Positions 26,356-39,180 of a stretch of DNA of 53,612 nucleotides are shown here, piece by piece. The stretch's first letter is position 1; each line of letters opens with the position of its first letter. Both the position numbers and the translations under genes were made by a program. The stretch lies in NCBI GenBank assembly GCA_031406795.1, contig JANOHV010000023.1:1-53612 (forward strand), in the 5' to 3' direction. The notes beneath the pieces are model-generated. The model did no database searches. It was not told where the DNA came from and saw nothing but the letters and a program-made list of their open reading frames with translations. This DNA comes from Candidatus Rokuibacteriota bacterium. GTDB taxonomy: Bacteria; JAUVQV01; DATDCY01.

Positions 26356-27834
26356 ATGACTTCCCGGAATTCGTCCCTCCCTCCCGACTGCGCGGCCGAT
26401 CTCGCGCGCGTGCGGGAGGCCGCAGAAGCGGTGGCCGCGGCGCAGACGCCGGCCCGCTGGGCGGAAGGCGACCGGCACGAGGTCAATCCGACGCTGCAGG
26501 CGCTCGCTCTGGCCTGGCGGAATCTCGGAGCCTACGCCGGACCCGACGCGCTCGCCGAAAGCGCCGCCCCGCCGGCTCCGGGCCAGGAGACGCTGCTGAT
26601 CTGGCGCTCCCCCGGGAGCGGGCGCGTGGTCGCCCGCGCGGCCGGCGCAGACGATCTGCTCGCTCTCAAGCTCGTGGTGGAGGGCATCGACCTGGACGCG
26701 GCCGCGGCCGCCGGGGCGCTCTCCCGGGGGGTCATCGAGAGCGTGCTCGCCCGCGCGGCCGACGGCGGAGTGCTCCTGGCGCCGCGCCCGCTCATCCGTC
26801 GCGGGGAGGATTTCCCCCGGGGCGAGCTGGTCGACGAGTCCTTCTTCAGCGTCACCGGGTTCACCCTGCAGTGGCACCTGACGCAAGCCTGCGATCTGCA
26901 CTGCCGCCACTGCTATGACCGCAGCGCGCGTTCGGCCGTCCCGTTGGCGGCCGCCCTGGGCGTACTCGACGACCTGCGGGACTTCTGCCGGCAGAGACGG
27001 GTGAGCGGGTCCGTCTCGCTGAGCGGCGGCAACCCGCTGCTGCACCCGGACTTCACCGAGATCTACCGGGCCGCCGCCGCGCGCGATTTCGGCCTGTGCA
27101 TCCTCGGCAACCCGGCGCCGCGCGCCCGGATCGAGGAGTTGATCGAAATCCGCCGGCCCGGTTTCTACCAGGTCAGTCTCGAAGGCCTGCCGGAGCACAA
27201 CGACTGGGTGCGCGGGGCCGGACACTTCGAGCGGACCCTGAAATTCCTGCGGGAGCTCAGGGAGCTGGAGGTCTCGAGCATGGTCATGCTCACGCTGACC
27301 GAAAGCAACATCGATCAGGTGCTGCCCCTGACGCGTCGGTTGCGCGGGCTCGTCGACGATTTTCACTTCAACCGCCTGGCCATGGTCGGGGAGGGTGCGA
27401 ACCTGCGCCTCCCCACCCGCGAACGCTATGCCCGGTTTCTCGAGGAATACCTCGCGGCGGCGGAGCGCGACCCGGCGCTGGGCCTCAAGGACAACATGAT
27501 CAACATCCTGCGGCGCGAGCGCGGCGAGCCCCCCTTCGGCGGCTGCACCGGCTTCGGGTGCGGCGCGGCATTCAATTTCCTCGCCGTGCTGCCCGACGGC
27601 GAGGCGCACGCCTGCCGGAAGTTCCCTTCGCCGGTCGGCAACGTGGTTCGTGAGGGCATCGCCGCGGTCTACGATGGCGCGGCCGCGCAGGCCTACCGCG
27701 GCGGCTGCGCCGCCTGCCGCGACTGCGCGATCCGCCCGGTCTGCGGCGGCTGCCTCGCCGTCGCGCACGGCTTCGGCCTCGATCCGCTGCGCGAGCGCGA
27801 CCCGCTCTGTTTTCGCGACCGTGACGCTCGTTGA
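26356..27834 (+). CDS. sbtM: SbtM-type thio(seleno)oxazole RiPP maturase, radical SAM/SPASM
   Basis: LQWHLTQACDLHCRHCYDR (CX3CX2C), SGGNPLLHP, GGCTGFGCGAAFNF...ACRKF, CAACRDC...VCGGC SPASM; N-terminal extension with LLALKLVVEG. Confidence 0.88.
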   Translation: MTSRNSSLPPDCAADLARVREAAEAVAAAQTPARWAEGDRHEVNPTLQALALAWRNLGAYAGPDALAESAAPPAPGQETLLIWRSPGSGRVVARAAGADDLLALKLVVEGIDLDAAAAAGALSRGVIESVLARAADGGVLLAPRPLIRRGEDFPRGELVDESFFSVTGFTLQWHLTQACDLHCRHCYDRSARSAVPLAAALGVLDDLRDFCRQRRVSGSVSLSGGNPLLHPDFTEIYRAAAARDFGLCILGNPAPRARIEELIEIRRPGFYQVSLEGLPEHNDWVRGAGHFERTLKFLRELRELEVSSMVMLTLTESNIDQVLPLTRRLRGLVDDFHFNRLAMVGEGANLRLPTRERYARFLEEYLAAAERDPALGLKDNMINILRRERGEPPFGGCTGFGCGAAFNFLAVLPDGEAHACRKFPSPVGNVVREGIAAVYDGAAAQAYRGGCAACRDCAIRPVCGGCLAVAHGFGLDPLRERDPLCFRDRDAR

Positions 27835-27940
27835 AAGGACCCGCCTGCCGCGTTGCCCTTCTGACCAACCTCTCCGCGACCGGACCAACCGCGATTAACA
27901 CTACAGCGAATCTTTCCTGTGGTACCTCAGACCGTTATTT

Positions 27941-28025
27941 TTCGTAGGGAGAGGGTTTATCCCCTCCCGCCCGTTTGCGGTGAACTGTCCTCAACTCGGG
28001 CGGGGACGAACCCCGCCCCTACGAA
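27941..28025. repeat. GTAG-type REP doublet (REPIN-like)
   Basis: GTAGGGAGAGGGTTTATCCCCTCCCG (27944-27969) and inverted CGGGCGGGGACGAACCCCGCCCCTAC (27997-28022); outer TTCGTAGGG/CCCTACGAA pair. Confidence 0.7.
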
Positions 28026-28117
28026 CCGTTGTGCGTTTACCACCATATTCTCAAGGTGTTGTTCACAAAGGTTCGTCGTAGTGTTAAGCACTATTCATAC
28101 CAGGGCGCAGCGGGAAG

Positions 28118-30680
<2,563 letters not shown>

Positions 30681-30684
<4 letters not shown>

Positions 30685-31655
30685 AGACGAGCGACGCGCG
30701 CGTCCTCGCCCGGGCGCGCCAGACGCTCGAAATGGAAGCCGAGGCCATCCGACGCCTCGCTCCGCGTCTCGGTCGCGATTTTCTCGCGGCCGTGCACCTG
30801 CTCTCCGAGTGCCGGGGCAAGGTCGTCCTCACCGGCGTCGGCAAGTCGGGACTGATCGCGAAGAAGGTCGCCGCGACCCTGGCCAGCACGGGGACGCCGG
30901 CGGTCTTCCTGCACGCCGCGGAGGGGGCGCACGGCGACCTGGGGGTCGTCACCCCGGGCGACGTCGTCCTCGCCGTCTCGACCAGCGGAGAGAGCGAGGA
31001 GATCCTGCGGCTGCTGCCGTCGCTGCGGCAGATCGGCATCGCGGTTGTTTCGCTGACCGGCAGGCGCGATTCGCGCCTCGCGAAAGCCAGTACCGTCGTG
31101 CTGCTGACCGGCCGCGCCCGGGAGGCCTGTCCGCTCGGGCTCGCGCCGACGACGAGTTCGACCGCCACGCTCGCGCTCGGTGACGCGCTGGCGATGGCGC
31201 TGCTCGAGCACCGGGGCTTTCGCGAGGAGGACTTCGCCCGCCTGCACCCGGGGGGCAAACTTGGCACCCGCTGGCTGCGCGTCGCCGACCTCATGCACCG
31301 CGGCGCCGACCTGCCGCTGGTGCGGGAGAAGACCCCGCTGCTCCAGGCCATTTACGTGATGAGTTCGCGCAAGCTCGGCATCGCCGCGGTCGTCGACGCC
31401 CGCCGCAGGCTCCGGGGGGTCGTCACGGACGGCGACCTGCGACGCATGATCGAGCGCGGCGTGGATTTCGCAACCACGCTGGCCGGCGAGGTCATGACGC
31501 GCACACCGGCCACGGTCGAGGAACAGGAGTTCGGGGTCCAGGCGATGCGACTCATGGAGTCCCGGGCGATCACCGCACTGGCCGTCACCGACCGCGCGGG
31601 GCGACTGCGCGGCCTCGTCCACCTGCACGATCTGCTCAAGGCCGGCATCGCCTAG
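30681..31655 (+). CDS. kdsD: Arabinose-5-phosphate isomerase (KpsF/GutQ family, SIS+CBS)
   Basis: TGVGKSG, ASTGTPA.F.H..E..HGDLG, EACPLGLAPT.S, HPGG.LG, CBS pair. Confidence 0.95.
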
Positions 31656-32194
31656 TGAACGCCGTGTCCGATTCGCTGGCGCGCGAGAAAGCCCGGAGCG
31701 TCCGCTGGCTGGTGCTCGACGTCGACGGCGTGCTCACGGACGGGCGCATCATCCTCGACGGCGGCGAGGGCGAGTGGAAAGCCTTCGACGTGCGTGACGG
31801 GCAGCGCCTCGTGCTCGCGGCTCGCGAGGGAATCCGCACGGTGTTTCTCACCGGACGCCGGTCGCGGGTCGTGGAGCGCCGCGCCGCGGAGTTGGGGGTG
31901 CACCGCGTCTTCCAGGGAGCACACGACAAGGGCGAGACGATGGAACTGTTCTTCCGCGAGGAGTGCGTCCGGCCGGAGGAGACTGCGTACCTGGGCGACG
32001 ACATCGTCGATCTGCCCGCGCTGAGCCGGGCCGGCTTCGCGGCCGCGGTCGGCGACGCGGTCCCGGAGGTGCGCGCCGTCGCGGACTGGGTCGCGGCGGC
32101 TCACGGCGGGCGCGGGGCCGTGCGTGAACTGGTGGAGTTCATCCTGGTGGCGCAGGGTCGCTGGGAGGCGGCGCTGGCGAGAATCGCCCGGTGA
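31655..32194 (+). CDS. kdsC: KDO8P phosphatase
   Basis: LDVDGVLTDG, F.VRDG, YLGDD..DLP, GG.GAVRE. Confidence 0.93.
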   Translation: MNAVSDSLAREKARSVRWLVLDVDGVLTDGRIILDGGEGEWKAFDVRDGQRLVLAAREGIRTVFLTGRRSRVVERRAAELGVHRVFQGAHDKGETMELFFREECVRPEETAYLGDDIVDLPALSRAGFAAAVGDAVPEVRAVADWVAAAHGGRGAVRELVEFILVAQGRWEAALARIAR

Positions 32195-32796
32195 GCGCGG
32201 CGCGCTGGTTGCGGATCAAGGCCCGGGCCGGGCGCGTCCTGCTGATCGCGTTGGTCCTGTCCGTGGTGGCGGGCGTGTACTGGTTTCGGCGGATGGCGGT
32301 CGAGGAGCGACCGCAGGCGCCGGTCGGGCTCCCGGTCAACGATACCAAGGCCGAGATGGTCACGCGGGATTTCCGGCATGTCGAAACGCGGATGGACCGC
32401 ACGATCTGGGTGCTGGAATCCGCCCGCGCCGAAATCTTCGAGGACCGGGCGAACCTGCACACGGTCAAGGTGACCTGGTACGGCGAACCCGGCGAGATCA
32501 CCGTCGTCATCACCAGCGCGGAGGGCACCGTTGATTTCCGCGACCGTAACGCCGAACTGCGCGGCGACGTCCGCATCGAGCGGGCGGACGGCGCGGTGGT
32601 GCGCACCGAAAAGATCTTCTGGGACGAGAAGACCAAGATGCTGCAGGCGCCGCTACCGGTCGTCATCACCACCCCGAGTTTCACGTTCCACGGCGAAGGG
32701 CTCGACGCCAACCTCGCGACGCAGAGCATCACGCTGCGGGGGCGGGTGCGTGGGGAGATTCTGGGCGGCGCGCTGGCGAAGTCCCGGCGCTCCTAG
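32191..32796 (+). CDS. lptC: LPS export protein LptC
   Basis: Single N-terminal TM plus jellyroll-like beta region; position kdsC-lptC-lptA-lptB. Confidence 0.85.
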   Translation: MSAARWLRIKARAGRVLLIALVLSVVAGVYWFRRMAVEERPQAPVGLPVNDTKAEMVTRDFRHVETRMDRTIWVLESARAEIFEDRANLHTVKVTWYGEPGEITVVITSAEGTVDFRDRNAELRGDVRIERADGAVVRTEKIFWDEKTKMLQAPLPVVITTPSFTFHGEGLDANLATQSITLRGRVRGEILGGALAKSRRS

Positions 32797-32876
32797 CGGA
32801 GGATGAGCAGATGAAGTATCGTATCGGTTGGCCCTCGTGCGGGGGTGCGGGCAGTGCCAGGCCAGGAGGAGCGGCT

Positions 32877-33502
32877 GTGCGGAGACGGAGCAGGTCGATC
32901 GGATGGATGTTCGCAGTGCTGGCCGTCGCGGCGGTGACGACCGCGTCGGCTGCGGCCGACAACCCGGGAGCGTCTCCCGACGCCGCGGCGACTGCGCCGG
33001 CGGCGCCGGTTTCGTCGAACAAGCCGGTCGAGCCGCAGCAGCCGGTGGAGGTCTCCTCCGACGCGGCGGAATACTTCAACAAGGAAGGTCTCGTCGTGTT
33101 CACCGGGAACGTCGTCGCCGTGCAGGGCGACGCGACGATCTCCGCCGATCGCATGGACGTGACCTTCGAAAAGCCGGCGCCCGTGGCCGGGACTCCCACC
33201 ACCGGGATCGGCGTGCCGTCGACCGCCCGGCGGATCAGCTCGATCGTTGCGCAGAAGAAGGTGAGTTTCCGGCAGGTCGACCCCGAGTCGGGGAAAGAGC
33301 GTTACGCCACCGGCGACAAGGGTACCTATGACCTGGAGCAGCGGACGGTGACCATGACCGGCAATCCGCGGCTCTGGGAAGGCAAGAATTCCATTGTCGG
33401 CGAGGAGATGGTCTTCTTCCTAGTTGACAAGAAGGTTGTCGTCAAAGGCAAGGTCAATCTCAAGGTTTTTCCGGATGACCTGAAGGAGGCGAAGAAACCC
33501 TG

Positions 33503-33503
<1 letters not shown>
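32877..33503 (+). CDS. lptA: LPS transport periplasmic protein LptA
   Basis: FTGNVVAVQG..I.AD, TMTGNP.L OstA-like; SD AGGAGG before GTG 32877. Confidence 0.85.
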
Positions 33504-34240
<737 letters not shown>

Positions 34241-34243
34241 CCG

Positions 34244-35662
34244 ATGCAGCAGCCGCGTCTCGATCTCCGGTTGACCCAGCGGCTGGTGCTGACGCCTTCG
34301 CTCCAGCAGGCGATCAAACTTCTCCAGTACTCACGCCAGGAGCTGGTGCAGTACATCCGTCAGGAGTTGCTCGAGAACCCGACGCTCGAGGAGCTGCAGG
34401 CCGAGCCGATCGGGCCGGCGCCCGAGGTCCCGCCGCCGGCGAGCGCCGCCGGCGAACCCGAGGCCGCACCGTCGCCCGACGGCGACGACGAGAGCTGGAC
34501 CCGCTACCTGGAGAGCTACGACGAGTCGTTCGAGCAGCGCGGGGGCGCCGAGGAGGCCCCCGAGTACGAGAGCGCGCTCTCGCACGCCGAGAGCCTCGCC
34601 GACCATCTCGAGCAGCAACTGAGCGTCGCCGTCTCGACCGACGAGGATCGCCTGATCGGCACGGAGATCGTCGGGAACATCGACGACGACGGGTACCTGC
34701 GGACCTCGCCCGAGGAGATCGCCGTTCTGCTCGGCGTCACCGGAGAGGCGGTCCTGCGGGTCATGCGCATCGTTCAGGCCTTCGACCCGCCGGGGGTCGG
34801 CGCGCGCGACATCGCCGAGTGCCTGGCCATTCAGCTCGAGCAGCGCGGCCTGGCCGGGGGGCTGGCGGAGCGTCTGGTGCGCCAGCACCTGGCGGATCTC
34901 GAAGCCCGGCGCTACAAGCGCATCGCGAGCGAGCAGAAAGTCCCCCTTGAGGCGATCTTCGCCGCCGCGCGCACGATCGGGGAACTCGAGCCGCACCCCG
35001 GCCGGCGCTTCGCCGGCGACGCGGCATCGACGATCGTCCCGGACATCACCATCACGAAAGACGGCGATGACTACGTCGTGAGCCTCATCGAGGACGGACT
35101 GCCGCAGCTGAGAATCAACGGGTTCTACCGGCGGATGTTCCGCAAAGGCGGACTCGAGGCGGCGGACCGCGAGTTCATCGAGAAGAAGGTCAACTCCGCG
35201 CGCTGGCTGATCAAGAGCATCCTGCAGCGCCAGGAGACGATCCTCAAGGTGACCCGCAGCATCGTGAAGTTCCAGCGCGAATTTCTTGACCGCGGCATCG
35301 ACTACCTGCGCCCGCTGGTGCTGCGCACGGTCGCCGACGACATCGAGATGCACGAGTCGACGGTGAGCCGCGTGACGAGCAACAAGTACGCGCAGACCCC
35401 CCAGGGACTTTTCGAGCTGAAGTACTTCTTCAACAGCGGCATCGGCCGCAACGGCGGCGGGGATTCCATGGCCTCGATCTCGGTGCAGGATCTGCTGCAG
35501 AAGATCATCGCGGCTGAAGACCCGCGCCGGCCGCTGAGCGACCTTGAAATCGTCCGGCGCCTCAATCAGGAGCACGGCCTGGACATCGCGCGACGCACGG
35601 TGGCCAAGTACCGCTCGATCCTGCGGCTTCCGCCGGCGAGCCGCCGCCGCCGGATCTATTGA
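34244..35662 (+). CDS. rpoN: RNA polymerase sigma-54 factor
   Basis: LTPSLQQAIKLLQ, HESTVSRVT, RpoN box ARRTVAKYR. Confidence 0.97.
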   Translation: MQQPRLDLRLTQRLVLTPSLQQAIKLLQYSRQELVQYIRQELLENPTLEELQAEPIGPAPEVPPPASAAGEPEAAPSPDGDDESWTRYLESYDESFEQRGGAEEAPEYESALSHAESLADHLEQQLSVAVSTDEDRLIGTEIVGNIDDDGYLRTSPEEIAVLLGVTGEAVLRVMRIVQAFDPPGVGARDIAECLAIQLEQRGLAGGLAERLVRQHLADLEARRYKRIASEQKVPLEAIFAAARTIGELEPHPGRRFAGDAASTIVPDITITKDGDDYVVSLIEDGLPQLRINGFYRRMFRKGGLEAADREFIEKKVNSARWLIKSILQRQETILKVTRSIVKFQREFLDRGIDYLRPLVLRTVADDIEMHESTVSRVTSNKYAQTPQGLFELKYFFNSGIGRNGGGDSMASISVQDLLQKIIAAEDPRRPLSDLEIVRRLNQEHGLDIARRTVAKYRSILRLPPASRRRRIY

Positions 35663-35729
35663 AACGGCGGTCTGCGGCGTTGAACAATTCCCCCCGGAGT
35701 GCTACCGTCACATCAAGGAGGCTACGACC

Positions 35730-36260
35730 ATGAGCAATCCCATCACGATCACCGGCCGGCACGTCGAAATCACCGAAGCGCTCAGAGACCACGTGACCGA
35801 GCGGCTTGGTCATGCCTGCAAACTGCTCGACAAGATCACCTCCAGCCACGTCACCATCTCCGTGGAGAAGAACCGCCACCTCGTCGAGGTCGTCATCCAA
35901 TCGCACGGCGCCACGCTGCACGCCAAGGAGGAGACCCACGACATGTACTCCTCGATCGATCAGGTGGTCGACAAGATCGAGACGCAGGCCAAGCGGCTGA
36001 AGGACAAGATCAAGGACCACAAGCACCTGGCCGGAGCGACGGAAGCCGTCGCGGTCGAGGACGAGGTCGCTCCGCCGCCCGCGCAGGTTTTCGTCGCGGA
36101 AACCTTCGCGCCCAAGCCGCTGAGCGTCAACGAAGCCGTCGAGACGCTCCAGGCCGGCCCCGAGCACTTTCTGGTGTTTCACAACGCCAAGAACGGTCTG
36201 GTGAACGTTCTGTACAAACGGGGCGACGGCAGCTTCGGACTCGTCCAGCCCCCGGCCTAG
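35730..36260 (+). CDS. hpf: Long ribosome hibernation promoting factor
   Basis: ITITGRH.EIT.AL, DMY.SID..DK...Q..R.K.K, C-terminal KP.S..EA...F.VF.N; SD AAGGAGG. Confidence 0.92.
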   Translation: MSNPITITGRHVEITEALRDHVTERLGHACKLLDKITSSHVTISVEKNRHLVEVVIQSHGATLHAKEETHDMYSSIDQVVDKIETQAKRLKDKIKDHKHLAGATEAVAVEDEVAPPPAQVFVAETFAPKPLSVNEAVETLQAGPEHFLVFHNAKNGLVNVLYKRGDGSFGLVQPPA

Positions 36261-36303
36261 GCAGCGCGACGAGAAGCGCGACCAGCGTCAGCGAGTAGTC
36301 GCC

Positions 36304-37320
36304 GTGGTGTCCCTCAGAAGAGTCAACGCCGCAGCACCCGGTCGCGTGCGCCCGGCTGACGCTGCGGCGGGGCGGATTTCCCCTGCCGCCTCGTATCTTA
36401 CGGTGCGAGAGCTGCTCGGCAACCCGCACCTCGGTCTCGAGTTGTTTTCGGGAAGTCAGGGGCTCGAGCGCCCCATCCGCTGCTCGAGCGTGCGCAAGCT
36501 CACGTTCCGGCCCGGGAGCGCCCCGCGCTTCGGCGGGAGCGATTGTCTGATGGCGGTCGGTCCCGCGGCGCTGGCGCGCCTGGACCGGCTGGCGGCGGGC
36601 GAGCGCCGACGGCTGCTGCGGTCGCTGACCGCCAGCGCCGTCGCCGGCCTGGTGCTCTCGCGCAGCCGCCCGGTACCCGAGGCGATCATCGCGCTCTCGC
36701 GCGAGTTGTCGCTGCCGCTGCTCCTGACGCGCGAATCGCTGGAGACCAGCCTCTCGCGCCTGGGTTTCTTTCTCCGCAACCGCCTCGGCGCCGAGGTCAC
36801 CGTCCACGGGGTGCTCGTGGAGATCTTCGGGGTCGGGGTCCTGATCCTCGGCCCGAGCGGCATCGGCAAGAGCGAGAGCGCGCTCGAACTGGTGACCCGC
36901 GGCCACCGTCTCATCGCGGACGATATGGTGATCGTCCACCGCGGGGAAAACCGCTCTCTGATGGGGAGCGGCTCCGGGCTGGCCCGCTATCACATGGAGA
37001 TCCGCGGCATCGGCATCATCGACGTCAAGGAGCTGTACGGCGTGGCCGCGGTGCTGGCCGCGGTCGAGATCGAGCTGGTCGTTCAGCTCGAGGAGTGGAA
37101 CAACGGCTCGGAGTACGACCGGCTCGGACTCGAGGAGCACTACCGCAAGATGCTGGAGATTCCGGTCACGGACTTGCGCGTGCCGGTCAGCCCGGGACGG
37201 AACATCGCCGTGATCCTCGAGGTCGCCGCGAGAAACCACCTGCTCAAGAAGCAGGGGTATCACACGGCGCGGGAATTGAACCGGCGCCTGCTCCAGCAGA
37301 CGGGAGGGGGCGCGCGATGA
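36304..37320 (+). CDS. hprK: HPr kinase/phosphorylase
   Basis: HGVLVEIFG.GVLI.G.SGIGKSE.ALEL..RGHRLIADD, MEIRGIGII, PGRN.AVI.EVAA. Confidence 0.93.
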   Translation: MVSLRRVNAAAPGRVRPADAAAGRISPAASYLTVRELLGNPHLGLELFSGSQGLERPIRCSSVRKLTFRPGSAPRFGGSDCLMAVGPAALARLDRLAAGERRRLLRSLTASAVAGLVLSRSRPVPEAIIALSRELSLPLLLTRESLETSLSRLGFFLRNRLGAEVTVHGVLVEIFGVGVLILGPSGIGKSESALELVTRGHRLIADDMVIVHRGENRSLMGSGSGLARYHMEIRGIGIIDVKELYGVAAVLAAVEIELVVQLEEWNNGSEYDRLGLEEHYRKMLEIPVTDLRVPVSPGRNIAVILEVAARNHLLKKQGYHTARELNRRLLQQTGGGAR

Positions 37321-38273
37321 AGACGACGGCGCGAACGCCGGTGAGAAGCGTCAAGCCCCGCAAGGGCGCCGCCGGTGCGCCGAACACCGAATTTCTCGTG
37401 ATCACCGGACTCTCCGGCTCCGGCCGGAGCTCCGCCGTCAAGGCGCTCGAAGACCTGGGAGCCTACTGCGTCGACAATCTGCCGACCGAGCTGCTGCCGC
37501 AGATGCTCGAGTTGACCCACCGCAGCACGCTCGATTTGGATCTCGTCGTCCTCGGCATGGATATCCGCGAGCGCGACTTCGTGCGGAAGTTCCCCCGGGT
37601 CTACCGTGCCGCGCGCGCGCGGGGTATCCGGATCAGACTGCTCTTTCTCGAGGCCACCGAGAACGTGCTCGTCCGCCGCTTCAGCGAAACCCGGCGCGTG
37701 CACCCGCTCGGCGGCGGGCTGCCGCTCGTGGAGGCCATCCGCCAGGAGCGCCGCGAACTCGCGCCGCTGCGCGACCTGGCGGACCAGGTCGTGGACACCT
37801 CGCTGCTGCGCGTCCGTGACTTGCGCGAGCGCATGGTCGCCATCGCCCGGGAGGTGCGCGCCGGACGCAACCTGATCGTGACCATCATCTCCTTCGGCTA
37901 CAAGTACGGCATCCCGGCGGAAGCCGACCTGGTCTTCGACGTGCGCTTCATCCGCAACCCCTTCTTCGAAGTCGGGCTCAAACAGCTCAGCGGCCTGGAC
38001 GACCCGGTGCGCGATTTCGTGCTCGGTCGTCCTGAAACCACGGCTTTCCTGCAGCGATTCCTGCCGTTCCTGTCCTTCCTGTTGCCGCTCTACCGCGCCG
38101 ACGGCCGGGCCTACCTGACCATCGCGATCGGCTGCACCGGCGGGAGGCATCGCTCACCGGTGATCGCCCGCGCGGCGGCTGCGGCGCTCACCGGCCCGGA
38201 GCTGCGGGTGACCATGCGCAACCGCGACCTTCGGTGCGACGGGGGCGGGCCCGGGGACGGGGGCGAACCGTGA
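37317..38273 (+). CDS. rapZ: RNase adapter RapZ (YvcJ family)
   Basis: TGLSGSGRS, CVDNLP, RRFSETRR.HPL, SFGYKYG, DVRF, GCTGGRHRS. Confidence 0.95.
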   Translation: MKTTARTPVRSVKPRKGAAGAPNTEFLVITGLSGSGRSSAVKALEDLGAYCVDNLPTELLPQMLELTHRSTLDLDLVVLGMDIRERDFVRKFPRVYRAARARGIRIRLLFLEATENVLVRRFSETRRVHPLGGGLPLVEAIRQERRELAPLRDLADQVVDTSLLRVRDLRERMVAIAREVRAGRNLIVTIISFGYKYGIPAEADLVFDVRFIRNPFFEVGLKQLSGLDDPVRDFVLGRPETTAFLQRFLPFLSFLLPLYRADGRAYLTIAIGCTGGRHRSPVIARAAAAALTGPELRVTMRNRDLRCDGGGPGDGGEP

Positions 38274-38701
38274 TCGGCATGGTGCTTGCCACGCACGGCG
38301 ATCTCGGGCAGGCGCTGATCGGCGCCATGGAGATGATCGTCGGCGCGCAGCCGCAGGTCGCGGCATTGTCGCTCCAGATCGCCGACCGTCTCGAGGATGC
38401 CACCGCCCGCCTCCAGGAAGCGCTCGACGGGACCGACGAAGGCGATGGCGTCCTGGTGCTGACCGACATGCTCGGCGGGACCCCGTCGAACCTGTGTCTC
38501 GCGCTCATCGGCGGACCGCGCCCGGTCGAGGTGGTTTCGGGGGTGAACCTGCCGATGCTGCTCAAGGCCGTGCAGGTGCGGCGCGCGTCCGACCTGCGCG
38601 AGACGGCCGCCAACGTCAAGAGAGTCGGCCGCAATGCCATCCTCGTCGCCAGCGAAGTGCTCGCCGGCCCCGACCCGGCGGCCGGAGGTTCCCGGGCATG
38701 A
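38270..38701 (+). CDS. PTS mannose-family EIIA
   Basis: IG.VLATHG, LTDMLGGTPSN, GVNLPML. Confidence 0.92.
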   Translation: MIGMVLATHGDLGQALIGAMEMIVGAQPQVAALSLQIADRLEDATARLQEALDGTDEGDGVLVLTDMLGGTPSNLCLALIGGPRPVEVVSGVNLPMLLKAVQVRRASDLRETAANVKRVGRNAILVASEVLAGPDPAAGGSRA

Positions 38702-39180
38702 TCGCCCTCGCCCGCGTGGACGAGCGCCTGCTGCACGGCCAGGTCTCCGTCGGCTGGGTGCCGCACCTGCACGCCACCGTTGTCGTCGTCGCCAACGATC
38801 GCGTCGCCGCCAACCCCTTGTTGTCCGGCATTTGTCAGTCCTGCTCCGCCGGCGTGCGCGTTGAAGTCGTACCGGTTGCGGAGGCCGCCCGCCGGGGCGC
38901 GGGAACCGAGTGGGCTCACGATACGGTGATCGTGCTTTTCGAAAGCCTCCAGGATGCCCGTCGGGCGATGGACGCCGGCCTCGTGGTTTCGCGGTTGAAC
39001 CTCGGGGGCCTGCGGCACAACCAGGGCTGTCTGTGCATCTGCGACGGGGTGACCCTGGACCGCGAGGATTGCACCATCCTGCGCGACATCGTCAGCCGGG
39101 GGGTGGAAGTTGACGTGCGCCTGATGCCGCGGGATCGCTCCTGCGCGCTGCCCGCGCAGTTGCAGCAGGGGGACGGGTGA
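38698..39180 (+). CDS. PTS mannose/sorbose-family EIIB
   Basis: ARVDERLLHGQV..GW, LNLGG. Confidence 0.9.
   Translation: MIALARVDERLLHGQVSVGWVPHLHATVVVVANDRVAANPLLSGICQSCSAGVRVEVVPVAEAARRGAGTEWAHDTVIVLFESLQDARRAMDAGLVVSRLNLGGLRHNQGCLCICDGVTLDREDCTILRDIVSRGVEVDVRLMPRDRSCALPAQLQQGDG

Noticed and set aside
25880-26359. Track ORFs 25950-26213, 25982-26359 and 25880-26203
   Set aside because: Alternative-frame artefacts; the SD, family-like leader and SECIS hairpins support the UGA-containing frame starting at 25960.
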